From positions 1 through 42,090 of the forward strand of contig SICU01000002.1 of assembly GCA_009694755.1 (NCBI GenBank): DNA of 42,090 nucleotides, written 5' to 3'. The notes under the pieces are model-generated. The model worked only from the letters and a program-made list of their open reading frames with translations. It had not been told where the DNA came from and searched no databases. Positions 1-8,981 of this stretch are shown here, piece after piece (position 1 is the stretch's first letter; every line of letters starts with the position of its first letter). Both the position numbers and the translations under genes were made by a program. This DNA comes from Candidatus Pacearchaeota archaeon. Lineage in GTDB: Archaea; Nanobdellota; Nanobdellia; Pacearchaeales; GW2011-AR1.

Positions 1-2
1 AT

Positions 3-1196
3 TTAGGAAAAAAATATGATGTTACATTTATCGGAACTCCTAAAACTGATCGTATGAAATTCGTTTCAGAACTTATGAATAACGGAATAAATATTAAAGT
101 TTTTGGAACTGGATGGGAACAGTATTCACAATTCAAAGAAATTTATGGAGGTTTTTTAGATAAAGAGGAGTATGTTAAAGTAATTAATCAAAGTAAAATA
201 AATTTATGTTTTAATAAAAACTATTTAGGGAAGACCCATGTTATTCAGAAATTTTTTGAAATTAATGCTTGTAAATCCTTTATGCTTACAGAGTATTGTA
301 AGGGATATTCAGATTTATTTAATTTAGGTAAAGAATTAATAATGTTCAAAGATTCGAAAGAACTTCATCAAAAAATAAATTATTATCTAAATAACGAAAA
401 AGAACGCGAGATAATAGCAAAAAATGCATATCAAAAGATACTTGCAAAATATTCTTCTAAATCTGAACTTCAAAATATTTTCAAAGAAATTGAAAAATAT
501 GGAGATAAAATTCCAGAAAAGAAATTACCCTTAATAGAGAAAAAAATTAATCAATTAAAAGAACTATCTAAGAAAGATTTAATGAAAAATAATAAAGAAA
601 TTGAGAACATAGTAAAAGACGCAAGATACATTTCATTTATCAGTAAAGGAAACACAATTCTACCCTACCGAGATTTATTTCACATTACAGCTTTAGAGAT
701 GTTTGATAAAGATATAAGTTGTTGCGATGCTTATCTTTATGCACAAGGAATTGGGGATTATTTAGCTTTATATTCAAATTTAGCCTTCAAATTACTCCAA
801 CCGGAAGAATTTTCAAAATTAATACAATTAGATCAATTAGTAGTAAGAAAATCCTTCTTCATTAAAAATCTCTCTAAATTTAAGGATTTTTCAAAGGGAA
901 AATCAATAAATATGCTTAATAAAGAGAATACTGCTTTTATAACTCGTCCATTTGTAAGGTTGGTTAATTCCCCCACGTTACCTTATAGTACTATGAAAAA
1001 AATATTTTGGACAAAATATGAACATAAAATTAAATCTTACCTCTATCATAAAAATCCTCTAATTTTATGGTATTTTTATTTGACAGGATTACAATTTTTA
1101 TTAGGGAATAGATTATTATTGAGTCATCTTTTGGAGAAAGGTTGTAGCAAATTTAAGAAATCAAAAATTATTTTTTATTTATCTTCTTTCTTTTAG
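3..1196 (+). CDS. CgeB-like glycosyltransferase C-terminal half fused to an uncharacterised ~230-aa region; 5' end runs off the window
   Basis: The frame of ORF 54..1196 stays open back to nt 3 (LGKKYDVTFIGTPKTDR...), so the gene is 5'-truncated. The first ~160 residues (VFGTGW, KINLCFNKNY, FFEINACKSFMLTEY, IMFKDSKELHQKINYYLNNEKEREIIAKNAYQKILAKYS) resemble the CgeB/Glyco_trans_1_2 family by recall. I do not recognise a family for the rest, which ends in a hydrophobic segment. Confidence 0.5.
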   Translation, partial: LGKKYDVTFIGTPKTDRMKFVSELMNNGINIKVFGTGWEQYSQFKEIYGGFLDKEEYVKVINQSKINLCFNKNYLGKTHVIQKFFEINACKSFMLTEYCKGYSDLFNLGKELIMFKDSKELHQKINYYLNNEKEREIIAKNAYQKILAKYSSKSELQNIFKEIEKYGDKIPEKKLPLIEKKINQLKELSKKDLMKNNKEIENIVKDARYISFISKGNTILPYRDLFHITALEMFDKDISCCDAYLYAQGIGDYLALYSNLAFKLLQPEEFSKLIQLDQLVVRKSFFIKNLSKFKDFSKGKSINMLNKENTAFITRPFVRLVNSPTLPYSTMKKIFWTKYEHKIKSYLYHKNPLILWYFYLTGLQFLLGNRLLLSHLLEKGCSKFKKSKIIFYLSSFF

Positions 1197-2025
1197 AATT
1201 CTTTTCTTTTAAATTAATTTGTTTATTGAAGATATTTGAAATTTTAAAAAATTTTTTTATGAACTCTTTAGTACAAAAGCTAGTATACTCCTTATTTAAA
1301 TTTTGAAATAGCGTAACATATCCTACAAGAGGAGGATGTGCTATATCTTTATTAAATATTTCATTTCCATAATTTGGAAATAGTAAATTATATTTGTTTA
1401 CGGGAGAAATGCTATTTATCACCATAGGTAGAGCACATTCTTTAGAGCCATATTTATCAAAAGCAAAAATATTATTTTCCGGAACTTTAAAATCATCAAT
1501 TATAGCAATTGCATTTTCGAGACGTGTAGAAATTATTTTCAGTTCTTCTTCAAGAGGCCAGTCATCAAGCCAGTGAGCATCAAGATAAAAAAGAGTATTT
1601 TCGCCAATTAATTTGTTGTTTATCAGATAGGTTAAAAATTTAGGAGATGTTCCTTTGAAAACATGAACATTTTTGTACTTAGATAAATTTTTCTTAGCGT
1701 GTTTATAATTGAAATCATTTATTTCACACGTATATATTTTTATTTTAGGAAACATTTTGGCAAGAAGTTCAGTAGTATATCCTCTGAATGTTCCCGTTTC
1801 AACAATTGTGTCTATCTGGAAATGTTCCACTATTTCTTTGAACAAACGCATAGAGATTACATCTCCATGAAGTGGAAACTTATAAGGGGCAAATTTCCAA
1901 AGCATCTTACCAAATGTTATCTTCGCATTTCTTACAAGACGTACCCGTTTAATTGCTTGGTATGACTCGCTTTTTGCAAATCTCGAGTACATTCTGTGAA
2001 ACTCATTTCTTAGTCTTCCAATCAT
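1168..2025 (-). CDS. putative class I SAM-dependent methyltransferase
   Basis: The tracked ORF 1168..2070 opens with TTG; the first ATG is at 2025 (MIGRLRN). The VETGTFRGYTT glycine-rich motif, a downstream acidic residue (CEIN) and LDAHW..WPL resemble TylF/CmcI-type methyltransferase folds by recall. The gene lies in the glycosylation island. Confidence 0.4.
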   Translation of the reverse strand: MIGRLRNEFHRMYSRFAKSESYQAIKRVRLVRNAKITFGKMLWKFAPYKFPLHGDVISMRLFKEIVEHFQIDTIVETGTFRGYTTELLAKMFPKIKIYTCEINDFNYKHAKKNLSKYKNVHVFKGTSPKFLTYLINNKLIGENTLFYLDAHWLDDWPLEEELKIISTRLENAIAIIDDFKVPENNIFAFDKYGSKECALPMVINSISPVNKYNLLFPNYGNEIFNKDIAHPPLVGYVTLFQNLNKEYTSFCTKEFIKKFFKISNIFNKQINLKEKNSKRKKINKK

Positions 2026-2108
2026 ATGTTGAAGGATTTGAAGTCTCTTTTTAATTATTGTGGCTGACAAACGAAGATATTTTTAAAGGGGGTTTGGTAA
2101 ATAATTCA

Positions 2109-2972
2109 ATGCCTATAGTAAAAGGAAAGCCGTTCAAAGAGAAATTCCCGTTAGTTTCATCTATTATTCCCGCATATAAAGAGGAAGATAATATTGCTAC
2201 CTGCATAGAAGCTCTGCTAAACCAGACATATCCAAATATGGAAGTTATTGTCGTAGAAAATGGAAACTCCAAAGATAAAACATATGAAATAGCAAAGTCG
2301 TATGAACAGAAGACAAAGGGCAAAGTGCGAGTCTACACCATTCCAGGGTCGCAAAAAGGACCCGGAAATGCTTTAATTTACGGTTTTAAGAAAACTAAAG
2401 GAAAGATAATCTCACTAGTAGGAGCAGATTTACTCTACGGCAAAGACTACATTTCAAAAGGAATTGCTCCAATTTTAAAAGGTGAGACTGTAGGAACAAA
2501 TCACAAAGAAGAGCTGTGCAAGAATGTTTCAAACTTTTGGGCCAGGGCTTTCTTCTACAGACGCTCATTCATTCAAAAAAATGGTCTCAGCAAAGTATGC
2601 ACGCTAGTAAGAAAAGATTATCTCAAAGATAAGCTCTGGGATCCTTCTCTTGGATATGCAGATGATCAGACAATGTACTTAAAATTTGGTACCGAGTTTC
2701 CAGGATTAGATTTAGAAATTTATCAAAATAATCCTGCGTCATTTAGAGAGATTTGGGAGCACAGCACGTGGGTCGGTAAGTCTATGAATATCAATCCATT
2801 CATAGTAATCTTATCAGTTCCTTTTTGGCCGCTATACATAGTCTATAAAACAATTAAAGATTTAGTAAAAGATGAATTCTATATTCCATTCATATTATTC
2901 CTTCCAGTCTATTATTCAGTCCGTTATGCGGCTTACGTTAAAGAAGCTGTAAAGAAATTAATTCATCGATAG
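2109..2972 (+). CDS. family 2 glycosyltransferase with C-terminal membrane segment
   Basis: VSSIIPAYKEEDNIATCIEALLNQTYPNMEVIVVENGNSKDKT is a typical GT2 N-terminus. The tracked ORF opens with TTG at 2058; the first ATG is at 2109 (MPIVKG), with a TTTTTAAA box about 22 nt upstream. Confidence 0.75.
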   Translation: MPIVKGKPFKEKFPLVSSIIPAYKEEDNIATCIEALLNQTYPNMEVIVVENGNSKDKTYEIAKSYEQKTKGKVRVYTIPGSQKGPGNALIYGFKKTKGKIISLVGADLLYGKDYISKGIAPILKGETVGTNHKEELCKNVSNFWARAFFYRRSFIQKNGLSKVCTLVRKDYLKDKLWDPSLGYADDQTMYLKFGTEFPGLDLEIYQNNPASFREIWEHSTWVGKSMNINPFIVILSVPFWPLYIVYKTIKDLVKDEFYIPFILFLPVYYSVRYAAYVKEAVKKLIHR

Positions 2973-3159
2973 AATTCTTGAAAGTATATTGGGAACAAAA
3001 GAGATATCTTCAGCAGTTTCATAATTCTGATTTATAACTGATTTATTGGAAGTTAACCAGATATTTTTTATTTTATTATTCACAGCTTTCTTCTGAGAAA
3101 GTTATAAGGCTAGCGTTATTTACAATATAAAATCTAAAATATAGGATACTTAAGTCTAT

Positions 3160-4266
3160 CTAGATAGAAGATCCAGCAAAGAAGCTCTTTATATGATTAA
3201 TTACATAATCTGCTTCTGCATCAGTCATACCAGGGAAAATAGGTATTGAAAGAATAGTATCTGCATAGAGTTCAGATTTAGGAAACGCTCCCTTGCTATA
3301 TCCTAAATACTCAAATGCCTTTTGCAAATGTATTGGAACGGGATAGTGCAATCCAGAGTCAATCCCTTTTTCTTTAAGATAGTGCATAAGCTCTTCTCGC
3401 TTATCCGTTCTGATTACAAATAAATGGTATATATGATCTCTATCTTTACTAATCATTGGAACTTGAACAACATCTTTCAAAGCAGCACAGTATCTCTCAG
3501 CAATATTCTTTCTCTGAGAGTTCCAATAATCAAGATGTGGAAGTTTAAGGCGTAAAACAGTTGCTTGTAGAGTGTCTAGTCTTGAATTCACTCCTAAAAT
3601 ATCGTGGCAATATTTTTTAGACTGACCATAATTTCGAATCATTTTTATTTTGTTCATAAGGTTTGCATCGTTAGTTGTGATAAATCCCCCATCACCAAAT
3701 GCTCCTAAGTTTTTTCCAGGATAAAAAGAGAATGCAGCAGCATGACCTAAGTTGCCCGCTCTTTTGTTTTTGTACATAGATCCATGAGATTGGCAGGCAT
3801 CTTCAATAACATACAAATTGTGTCTCTTTGCTATATTCATAATCTCATCCATATCGCATACCTGACCATAAAGATGAACGGGCATAATAGCCTTAGTCTT
3901 AGGAGTTATAACCGATTCAATAAGTGAAGTGTCAATGGTAAAATCTTCTTTTGTATCAACAAGTATTGGTCTTGCACCCACAGCATAAATTGCAGCAGGA
4001 GTAGCATGGAATGTATTGGCAACAGTGATTACTTCATCTTGTGGTCCAATATTCATAGCTTTCAAAATAAGTTCAAGAGCCTGCAAACCATTAGCAACAC
4101 CAATACCATACGCAGTTCCGCAATATGTTGCAAATTCCTTTTCAAATTCTTCAACTGCCTTTCCAAGAATAAAATCATTCTTGTCAAAATGTTCTGCAAA
4201 TTGCTTCAAGAGCGCCTCACGCAAAGGTCTATGAGTCCTATTTAAATCTAAAAATGGAATGTTCAT
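3160..4266 (-). CDS. DegT/DnrJ/EryC1/StrS-family PLP-dependent sugar aminotransferase
   Basis: 368 aa. MNIPFLDL start, GKAVEEFEKEFATYCG, GVANGLQALELIL, VIEDACQSHGS and SFYPGKNLGAFGDGG (the lysine region) are hallmarks of the family. The start overlaps the upstream stop as ATGA (4263-4266). Confidence 0.9.
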   Translation of the reverse strand: MNIPFLDLNRTHRPLREALLKQFAEHFDKNDFILGKAVEEFEKEFATYCGTAYGIGVANGLQALELILKAMNIGPQDEVITVANTFHATPAAIYAVGARPILVDTKEDFTIDTSLIESVITPKTKAIMPVHLYGQVCDMDEIMNIAKRHNLYVIEDACQSHGSMYKNKRAGNLGHAAAFSFYPGKNLGAFGDGGFITTNDANLMNKIKMIRNYGQSKKYCHDILGVNSRLDTLQATVLRLKLPHLDYWNSQRKNIAERYCAALKDVVQVPMISKDRDHIYHLFVIRTDKREELMHYLKEKGIDSGLHYPVPIHLQKAFEYLGYSKGAFPKSELYADTILSIPIFPGMTDAEADYVINHIKSFFAGSSI

Positions 4267-5270
4267 AGGAATACCTCTGCTCCACCAAGTTTTTTAGACT
4301 TTTCAGCAGCCTCTAAAACCTTTACAACATTAATTCCATCTTGGCCATCACTCATACAAGTTTCAGTACCTTGTATACATTTAAAAAAGTGTTCTACTTC
4401 CGTGACTAGAGGTTGAGATAAATTAATTTTTGGAATAAGAATATCTCCCTCTCGAGTTCCAGCCTGAAACTCTGAAAAGTTATTTGGATTGGGTAGGTAT
4501 TCAATTGAGCGATCGTAAATAGTAAGTTTCTCTGATGGATTAACATCATCAAACACAATAGCTTTTTTTGTTCCACCAACAACTATCCTTCTTTCTTTAA
4601 CGGGATGTGCCCAATTTGCGTATGCACTAGCAAATATCTTTCTGGGAAACTTCATGTTAACTGAAACAATCTCATCAATAGTATCCATATAGCCCCCACC
4701 AGAATAATTCACACTTATCGGAGCGGAACCGACTAGGTACATAAAAATATACACTTCATGAGAAATCAAATCCCATAATGCACTTGCATCATATCTCACT
4801 GGACCTAAGGCAACACGACGAGCATCAATATACCTTAAGTCTCCTATTTCACCAGCATCTATTCTACGCTTAAGTTCTCGCAGGGCATGATTATATTTGA
4901 ATATGTGTCCAACCATGAGTATTTTTCGCATGCTCTTTGCCATCTCGTTAAGTTTTTCTGACTCATCAAGGTGTAAAGTCAAAGGCTTTTCTATCAGTAC
5001 ATGTTTTCCAGCCTTCAAAACTTGGGAAGCTATATCAAAATGTGTTTTTGTAGGAGTTGCAATAATAACTGCCTGCACGTCAGAGTCATTAAGAATAGTA
5101 GCAATGTCTTTAGCAAAAGTCACTTCTTTTGGCAAAGATTTTGTTGGAGGATTGAGGTCATGAACATATTTCAAAAAAGCTCCACCAAAAACACCGTCGT
5201 TGTTGAATAAATTAAGATAATTTTTACCCCAATACCCACATCCAATCAAAGCAACAATAGTTTTTTGCAT
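4263..5270 (-). CDS. Gfo/Idh/MocA-family NAD(P)-dependent sugar oxidoreductase
   Basis: MQKTIVALIGCGYWGKNY is a Rossmann N-terminus, and HVLIEKPL is the family EKP motif. The tracked ORF opens with GTG at 5309; the ATG at 5270 gives the canonical N-terminus. Confidence 0.85.
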   Translation of the reverse strand: MQKTIVALIGCGYWGKNYLNLFNNDGVFGGAFLKYVHDLNPPTKSLPKEVTFAKDIATILNDSDVQAVIIATPTKTHFDIASQVLKAGKHVLIEKPLTLHLDESEKLNEMAKSMRKILMVGHIFKYNHALRELKRRIDAGEIGDLRYIDARRVALGPVRYDASALWDLISHEVYIFMYLVGSAPISVNYSGGGYMDTIDEIVSVNMKFPRKIFASAYANWAHPVKERRIVVGGTKKAIVFDDVNPSEKLTIYDRSIEYLPNPNNFSEFQAGTREGDILIPKINLSQPLVTEVEHFFKCIQGTETCMSDGQDGINVVKVLEAAEKSKKLGGAEVFL

Positions 5271-5315
5271 AAACTTCGTAAGAATATGTCTTTTTAAGAA
5301 TATCTGCACAAAATA

Positions 5316-6353
5316 TCAATCAATCTTTCTATAAATTATCTTCTTAATTTCATCTACTGAAGGCTGAAATGGATTTGTTTTAGTGCATATGTCTTTCCTT
5401 ATCTGTTCAGCATCAGCATCATATACCTTGTTATTTTCCAAATCCAAATCTTTGAAAAGCTTTTCAAAAATTTCTACAAAATTAGAGCCAGTAACATTTT
5501 TACAAGAATCAAGCTTTGTATAAACATTGCTGTGAATGCTATTCATTTTAAGGACATCAATAAAATACAAAGATACTGCGTGACTATGAGCAAGATTATG
5601 CTGTGCACCAATAGCATGAGCAATACCATGAATAAGGCCCACAGAAGCAGTGCTTTGAACAATTCCAGCAAGAAAACCAGCAATCTGAAGTTTAGCAATA
5701 GATTCTATATTCTTAGTTTTATATACGGGTAAAGCATTTTCTAAAATCAAATCTATGACTTTAGTTGCAAGCGCATCAGTTAAAATTGTTGCATTTCTCG
5801 AAGCAAGGCCCTCAATAGCATGGGAAAGTGCATCTGCAATTGAATAGGTAATTACTTTAGAAGGAGCTTCAACGCAAAATGCCGGATTAAATATAATTAT
5901 CTCTGGAAGAAGCTTAGAAGATGTAAAAATCTTCTTTTTACTCTGTTCATCAATTAAAAGCGCAAACTGACTTGATTCAGATCCACTGCCTATAGTGGTA
6001 GGTAATAAAATGCTGTTCATATTATTTTCCATCTTCAATATTTTGGCAAGATCCATAACTGCACCACCACCAACACCCATAATGATTTCTGACTTATGCT
6101 CTTCTATTTTAATTTGAGCAGAGATTTTATCTTGTATAATTGGTTCATGATTTAATATAAAGAACTCAACATTACACCCACTTAACCATGATCTCAATAC
6201 GCTTTCTTTAGAATTGTAAACGCTCTTAGAGATAATAATAAAGACTCTTTTATCAATAATTGATTTTAGAAATCTCTCTCCAGCAAGTGCTTCAAGAATC
6301 ATTCCAGGAAAGAAAGACTTAGGGAGCAGACCAAGTATTTTAGATTCAATCAT
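5316..6353 (-). CDS. iron-containing (group III) alcohol dehydrogenase family protein
   Basis: GVGGGAVMDLAK is the nucleotide-binding motif. The His-rich metal region is SHAIEG ... GLIHGIAHAIGAQHNLAHSHA. The start overlaps the ligase stop by 8 nt. Confidence 0.8.
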   Translation of the reverse strand: MIESKILGLLPKSFFPGMILEALAGERFLKSIIDKRVFIIISKSVYNSKESVLRSWLSGCNVEFFILNHEPIIQDKISAQIKIEEHKSEIIMGVGGGAVMDLAKILKMENNMNSILLPTTIGSGSESSQFALLIDEQSKKKIFTSSKLLPEIIIFNPAFCVEAPSKVITYSIADALSHAIEGLASRNATILTDALATKVIDLILENALPVYKTKNIESIAKLQIAGFLAGIVQSTASVGLIHGIAHAIGAQHNLAHSHAVSLYFIDVLKMNSIHSNVYTKLDSCKNVTGSNFVEIFEKLFKDLDLENNKVYDADAEQIRKDICTKTNPFQPSVDEIKKIIYRKID

Positions 6354-7770
6354 GTCTGAGATCCTTTCTTTTTATTTTTCCAGAATCTGTCATAGGAATA
6401 GAATCAACAATAAATACTTTACGAGGTAATTTATATGGCTCAAGATGTTCTTTAAGTTTTTGCAATATTTGTTCTGAAGAGAATTTAGGAGAAACAACAT
6501 ATAGATGAACTACTTCTCCAAATTGAGCATCTTTAGCGCCCACAGCAACAACTTGAGCAGCTAAATCAAGGCTCTTAGCTTTATATTCTATGTCTAAAGG
6601 ATGAACTTTCTCGCCATTTACATTTATGATATCATCTATTCTGCCCATAACATGCAGATAGCCATTTGAATCAAAATAACCACAGTCTCCAGTATATAGC
6701 CAGCCATTCTTTATTTTCTGGGAAGCTACAGGATTATTCCAATATTCTTCAATAACATGTTTGCCTGCTATACATATTTCTCCATCTCTTATCTCTATAC
6801 TAGTATTAGGGCTCGCTTTTCCAACAGAGTCAATTCCTTTAATCTCCTTTGCAAAGTTAATAAATGAAGAACGAGATGCTTCAGTTAACCCATAATAATA
6901 GTTAAAATCCGATGTAGGAAGATCTTCTAGTATTATTTCAACAATTTTTTTATCTATTGGACCAGTATTTGTAAGAATCATTCGTAATTTCCTTGCATAT
7001 TTCTTAAAATCTGATCTGTGATCTTTAACAATATTTCCTAAAGTTTTAGGAGTAGCAGCAAACATAGTAGTTTTATGTTTTTCAAGAGCTTGCAAAACCT
7101 TCACCAGATGAATAAAATTTTGTTCTATTATTACAGTTCCTCCAACCATAAAAGAAACATGAATATGCCCTAAACCAAAAGAGTGAGATAGAGGCAGACC
7201 ACTTAGATAGATATCCGATGAATTATTTTTTATAAATAAGTTAATATTCTTTGTAGCTTGAACTACATTTTCATGAAGAAGTTTTACTCCCTTTGGTGAA
7301 CCAGTAGTACCGGAGGTATAAATAATTGTAGAAACATCTTTAGAAGAGACGGTTACATGGTACTCTTGTGGAGAGTAATATTTCTTCTCAGATTTCTTGA
7401 GCAAGGTAGTTTGCCCAGCAAGGCCTATTCTTTTCATTTTATCTTCTAATTTATCTTCATAAATGAGAAAGTCTGGAGAGCAGTCTTTAACTTCAAATAA
7501 GAGATTTTCATCAGAGATATTTGTAGGAATGATAAATGCAGTGCAAGCCGCTTTAAGAATCCCAAAATAACATACAATAAAATCAATACTATTATCTAAA
7601 ATAATTCCTATCCTCTGCCCTTTACAACTATTTGAGAAATAGTTCCTGACTTGATTTGACATATCCTCAAGTTGTTTATATGTTACAGACTGTCCATCAG
7701 AAATAACTGCTATTTTTTCAGGATATAGAGAAGATGATTTTTCAAGAAAAGAATGAATTGTTTCATCCAT
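6346..7770 (-). CDS. ANL-superfamily adenylate-forming ligase (acyl-CoA/acyl-carrier-protein ligase)
   Basis: 474 aa with the motifs YTSGTTGSPKGV, YYGLTE, YTGD and the C-terminal SGKIKRKDL. It overlaps the ACP gene stop by 8 nt. Confidence 0.9.
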   Translation of the reverse strand: MDETIHSFLEKSSSLYPEKIAVISDGQSVTYKQLEDMSNQVRNYFSNSCKGQRIGIILDNSIDFIVCYFGILKAACTAFIIPTNISDENLLFEVKDCSPDFLIYEDKLEDKMKRIGLAGQTTLLKKSEKKYYSPQEYHVTVSSKDVSTIIYTSGTTGSPKGVKLLHENVVQATKNINLFIKNNSSDIYLSGLPLSHSFGLGHIHVSFMVGGTVIIEQNFIHLVKVLQALEKHKTTMFAATPKTLGNIVKDHRSDFKKYARKLRMILTNTGPIDKKIVEIILEDLPTSDFNYYYGLTEASRSSFINFAKEIKGIDSVGKASPNTSIEIRDGEICIAGKHVIEEYWNNPVASQKIKNGWLYTGDCGYFDSNGYLHVMGRIDDIINVNGEKVHPLDIEYKAKSLDLAAQVVAVGAKDAQFGEVVHLYVVSPKFSSEQILQKLKEHLEPYKLPRKVFIVDSIPMTDSGKIKRKDLRHD

Positions 7771-7978
7771 TTTTTGATTGTAATATCTTTAAAATATCTT
7801 GAGCGGACTCTATTGATACTACTTGATCAACAGTAAGAGACACATTAAAGACCGATTCAACTTCACTAACGAGCTCCATATGGGCAAAAGAGTCCCATCG
7901 TTCATATTCTGATTGCTTCTTTGTAGAATCATAACTGCCTAAAACTTTGATAAAAATACCTTTCAATTTTTCTTCCAT
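7763..7978 (-). CDS. acyl carrier protein (phosphopantetheine-binding)
   Basis: 71 aa and acidic. WDSFAHMELV matches the DS(L/F) phosphopantetheine attachment site followed by helix II. It lies immediately downstream of AcpS and upstream of the ligase. Confidence 0.8.
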   Translation of the reverse strand: MEEKLKGIFIKVLGSYDSTKKQSEYERWDSFAHMELVSEVESVFNVSLTVDQVVSIESAQDILKILQSKNG

Positions 7979-8322
7979 ATATCCTCCACAATAGCAAACG
8001 CAATTGCTGTATCTTTTGAATGGCTCATACTTAAATGAATTTTATATTTCTTATTTAAACCTTTGTTTCTAAATGCCACTTGAGGGAATTTTCTCACTTT
8101 TATTATTTCAATATCCTCAAAAAGAAGAGTTATATCTAAAGATGAAAACGCTTTTTTTACAGCTTCCTTCCCACAAAATCTGGCAGCAAAATGTTGTTCA
8201 GGATTTGGGAGTGAATTACAGTAAGTTATCTCTTGGGTTGTAAATAATTTATTTGACAATTCTTTTTTTATATTCTTAAATCGAGAGGTTTTTTCGCAGT
8301 CAACACCAACGCCAAGAATCAC
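7963..8322 (-). CDS. acpS: holo-[acyl-carrier-protein] synthase (AcpS-type 4'-phosphopantetheinyl transferase)
   Basis: 119 aa. ILGVGVDCEKTSRF, FAARFCGKEAVKKAF and HLSMSHSKDTAIAFAIVE follow the AcpS pattern. The GTG start overlaps the upstream stop (GTGA at 8319-8322). Confidence 0.8.
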   Translation of the reverse strand: MILGVGVDCEKTSRFKNIKKELSNKLFTTQEITYCNSLPNPEQHFAARFCGKEAVKKAFSSLDITLLFEDIEIIKVRKFPQVAFRNKGLNKKYKIHLSMSHSKDTAIAFAIVEDIWKKN

Positions 8323-8981
8323 CTTAACTCACTACCCTTTAAGTTTCTAACTTTACGTAAAGGATTCCCTACATAAATACCAGGAGAATTAATTGGTTTT
8401 GAGATAACTGATCCAGCACCTATAATAATATTATCTCCAATAGCTATTCCTGGAAGAATGGAAGAGTTCTCTCCTATTGCCGAGTTGCTTCCAATAGTAA
8501 TTTTGTCTAAAATATTACAAGGAAGTCTCATCATATATTTATCAAGAGCCATTGATACATGAGGTCCAATAAATGTATTCTCTCCTATAATTGTGTGCTC
8601 TCCAATAAGCGCCCCAGCTTGTATGCGAACTCCTTTATGAAGAACAACATCAAACTCAACAATAGCGTGCTTCCCTACTCTTACTCTTTCATGCAAAACG
8701 CAGCCTTCTCTAACAATAGCTGCATCGGACACAATAGTTTCTTTCCCTATATTTGTTCCAGCATAAATTATGGCATTTGTTCCAATAAGAGATCCTTCAC
8801 CAATTATAGCAGGTCCTCTTTCATGCAATGTTAATGTTGAACTTGCAATCATTTTAGGTTGCTTGCCAATAATGGCACCATCTTGAATAATAACATTATC
8901 TTCAATAATAGTACCAGGATAAATAATGACATTCTGTCCAATAGAAACGTTCTTTCCCTTTATTTCCATGTTACTACCCAT
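8319..8981 (-). CDS. hexapeptide-repeat (left-handed beta-helix) acyltransferase
   Basis: 220 aa of repeated [LIV]-G-x4 units (IGQNVIIYPGTIIEDNVIIQDGAIIGK ... IGSNSAIGENSSILPGIAIGDNIIIGAGSVI). An alternative ATG lies at 8969. Confidence 0.85.
   Translation of the reverse strand: MGSNMEIKGKNVSIGQNVIIYPGTIIEDNVIIQDGAIIGKQPKMIASSTLTLHERGPAIIGEGSLIGTNAIIYAGTNIGKETIVSDAAIVREGCVLHERVRVGKHAIVEFDVVLHKGVRIQAGALIGEHTIIGENTFIGPHVSMALDKYMMRLPCNILDKITIGSNSAIGENSSILPGIAIGDNIIIGAGSVISKPINSPGIYVGNPLRKVRNLKGSELR

Noticed and set aside
1168-1196. Convergent gene overlaps: 29 nt at 1168-1196 and 26 nt at 22931-22956.
   Set aside because: They are consistent with a generally compact genome and uncertain 3' ends. 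There is no specific evidence of antisense regulation.
2058-2070. An apparent 13-nt head-to-head overlap of the divergent methyltransferase and GT2 ORFs.
   Set aside because: Both long forms start with TTG. Using the first ATGs (2025 and 2109) leaves an 83-bp spacer with TATA-like boxes for each gene, which is more plausible.
3155-3168. A perfect 14-bp palindrome, tctatctagataga, covering the DegT stop codon.
   Set aside because: It has no loop, so it cannot form a hairpin terminator. It is a single occurrence in AT-rich DNA and cannot be distinguished from chance without genome-wide counts.
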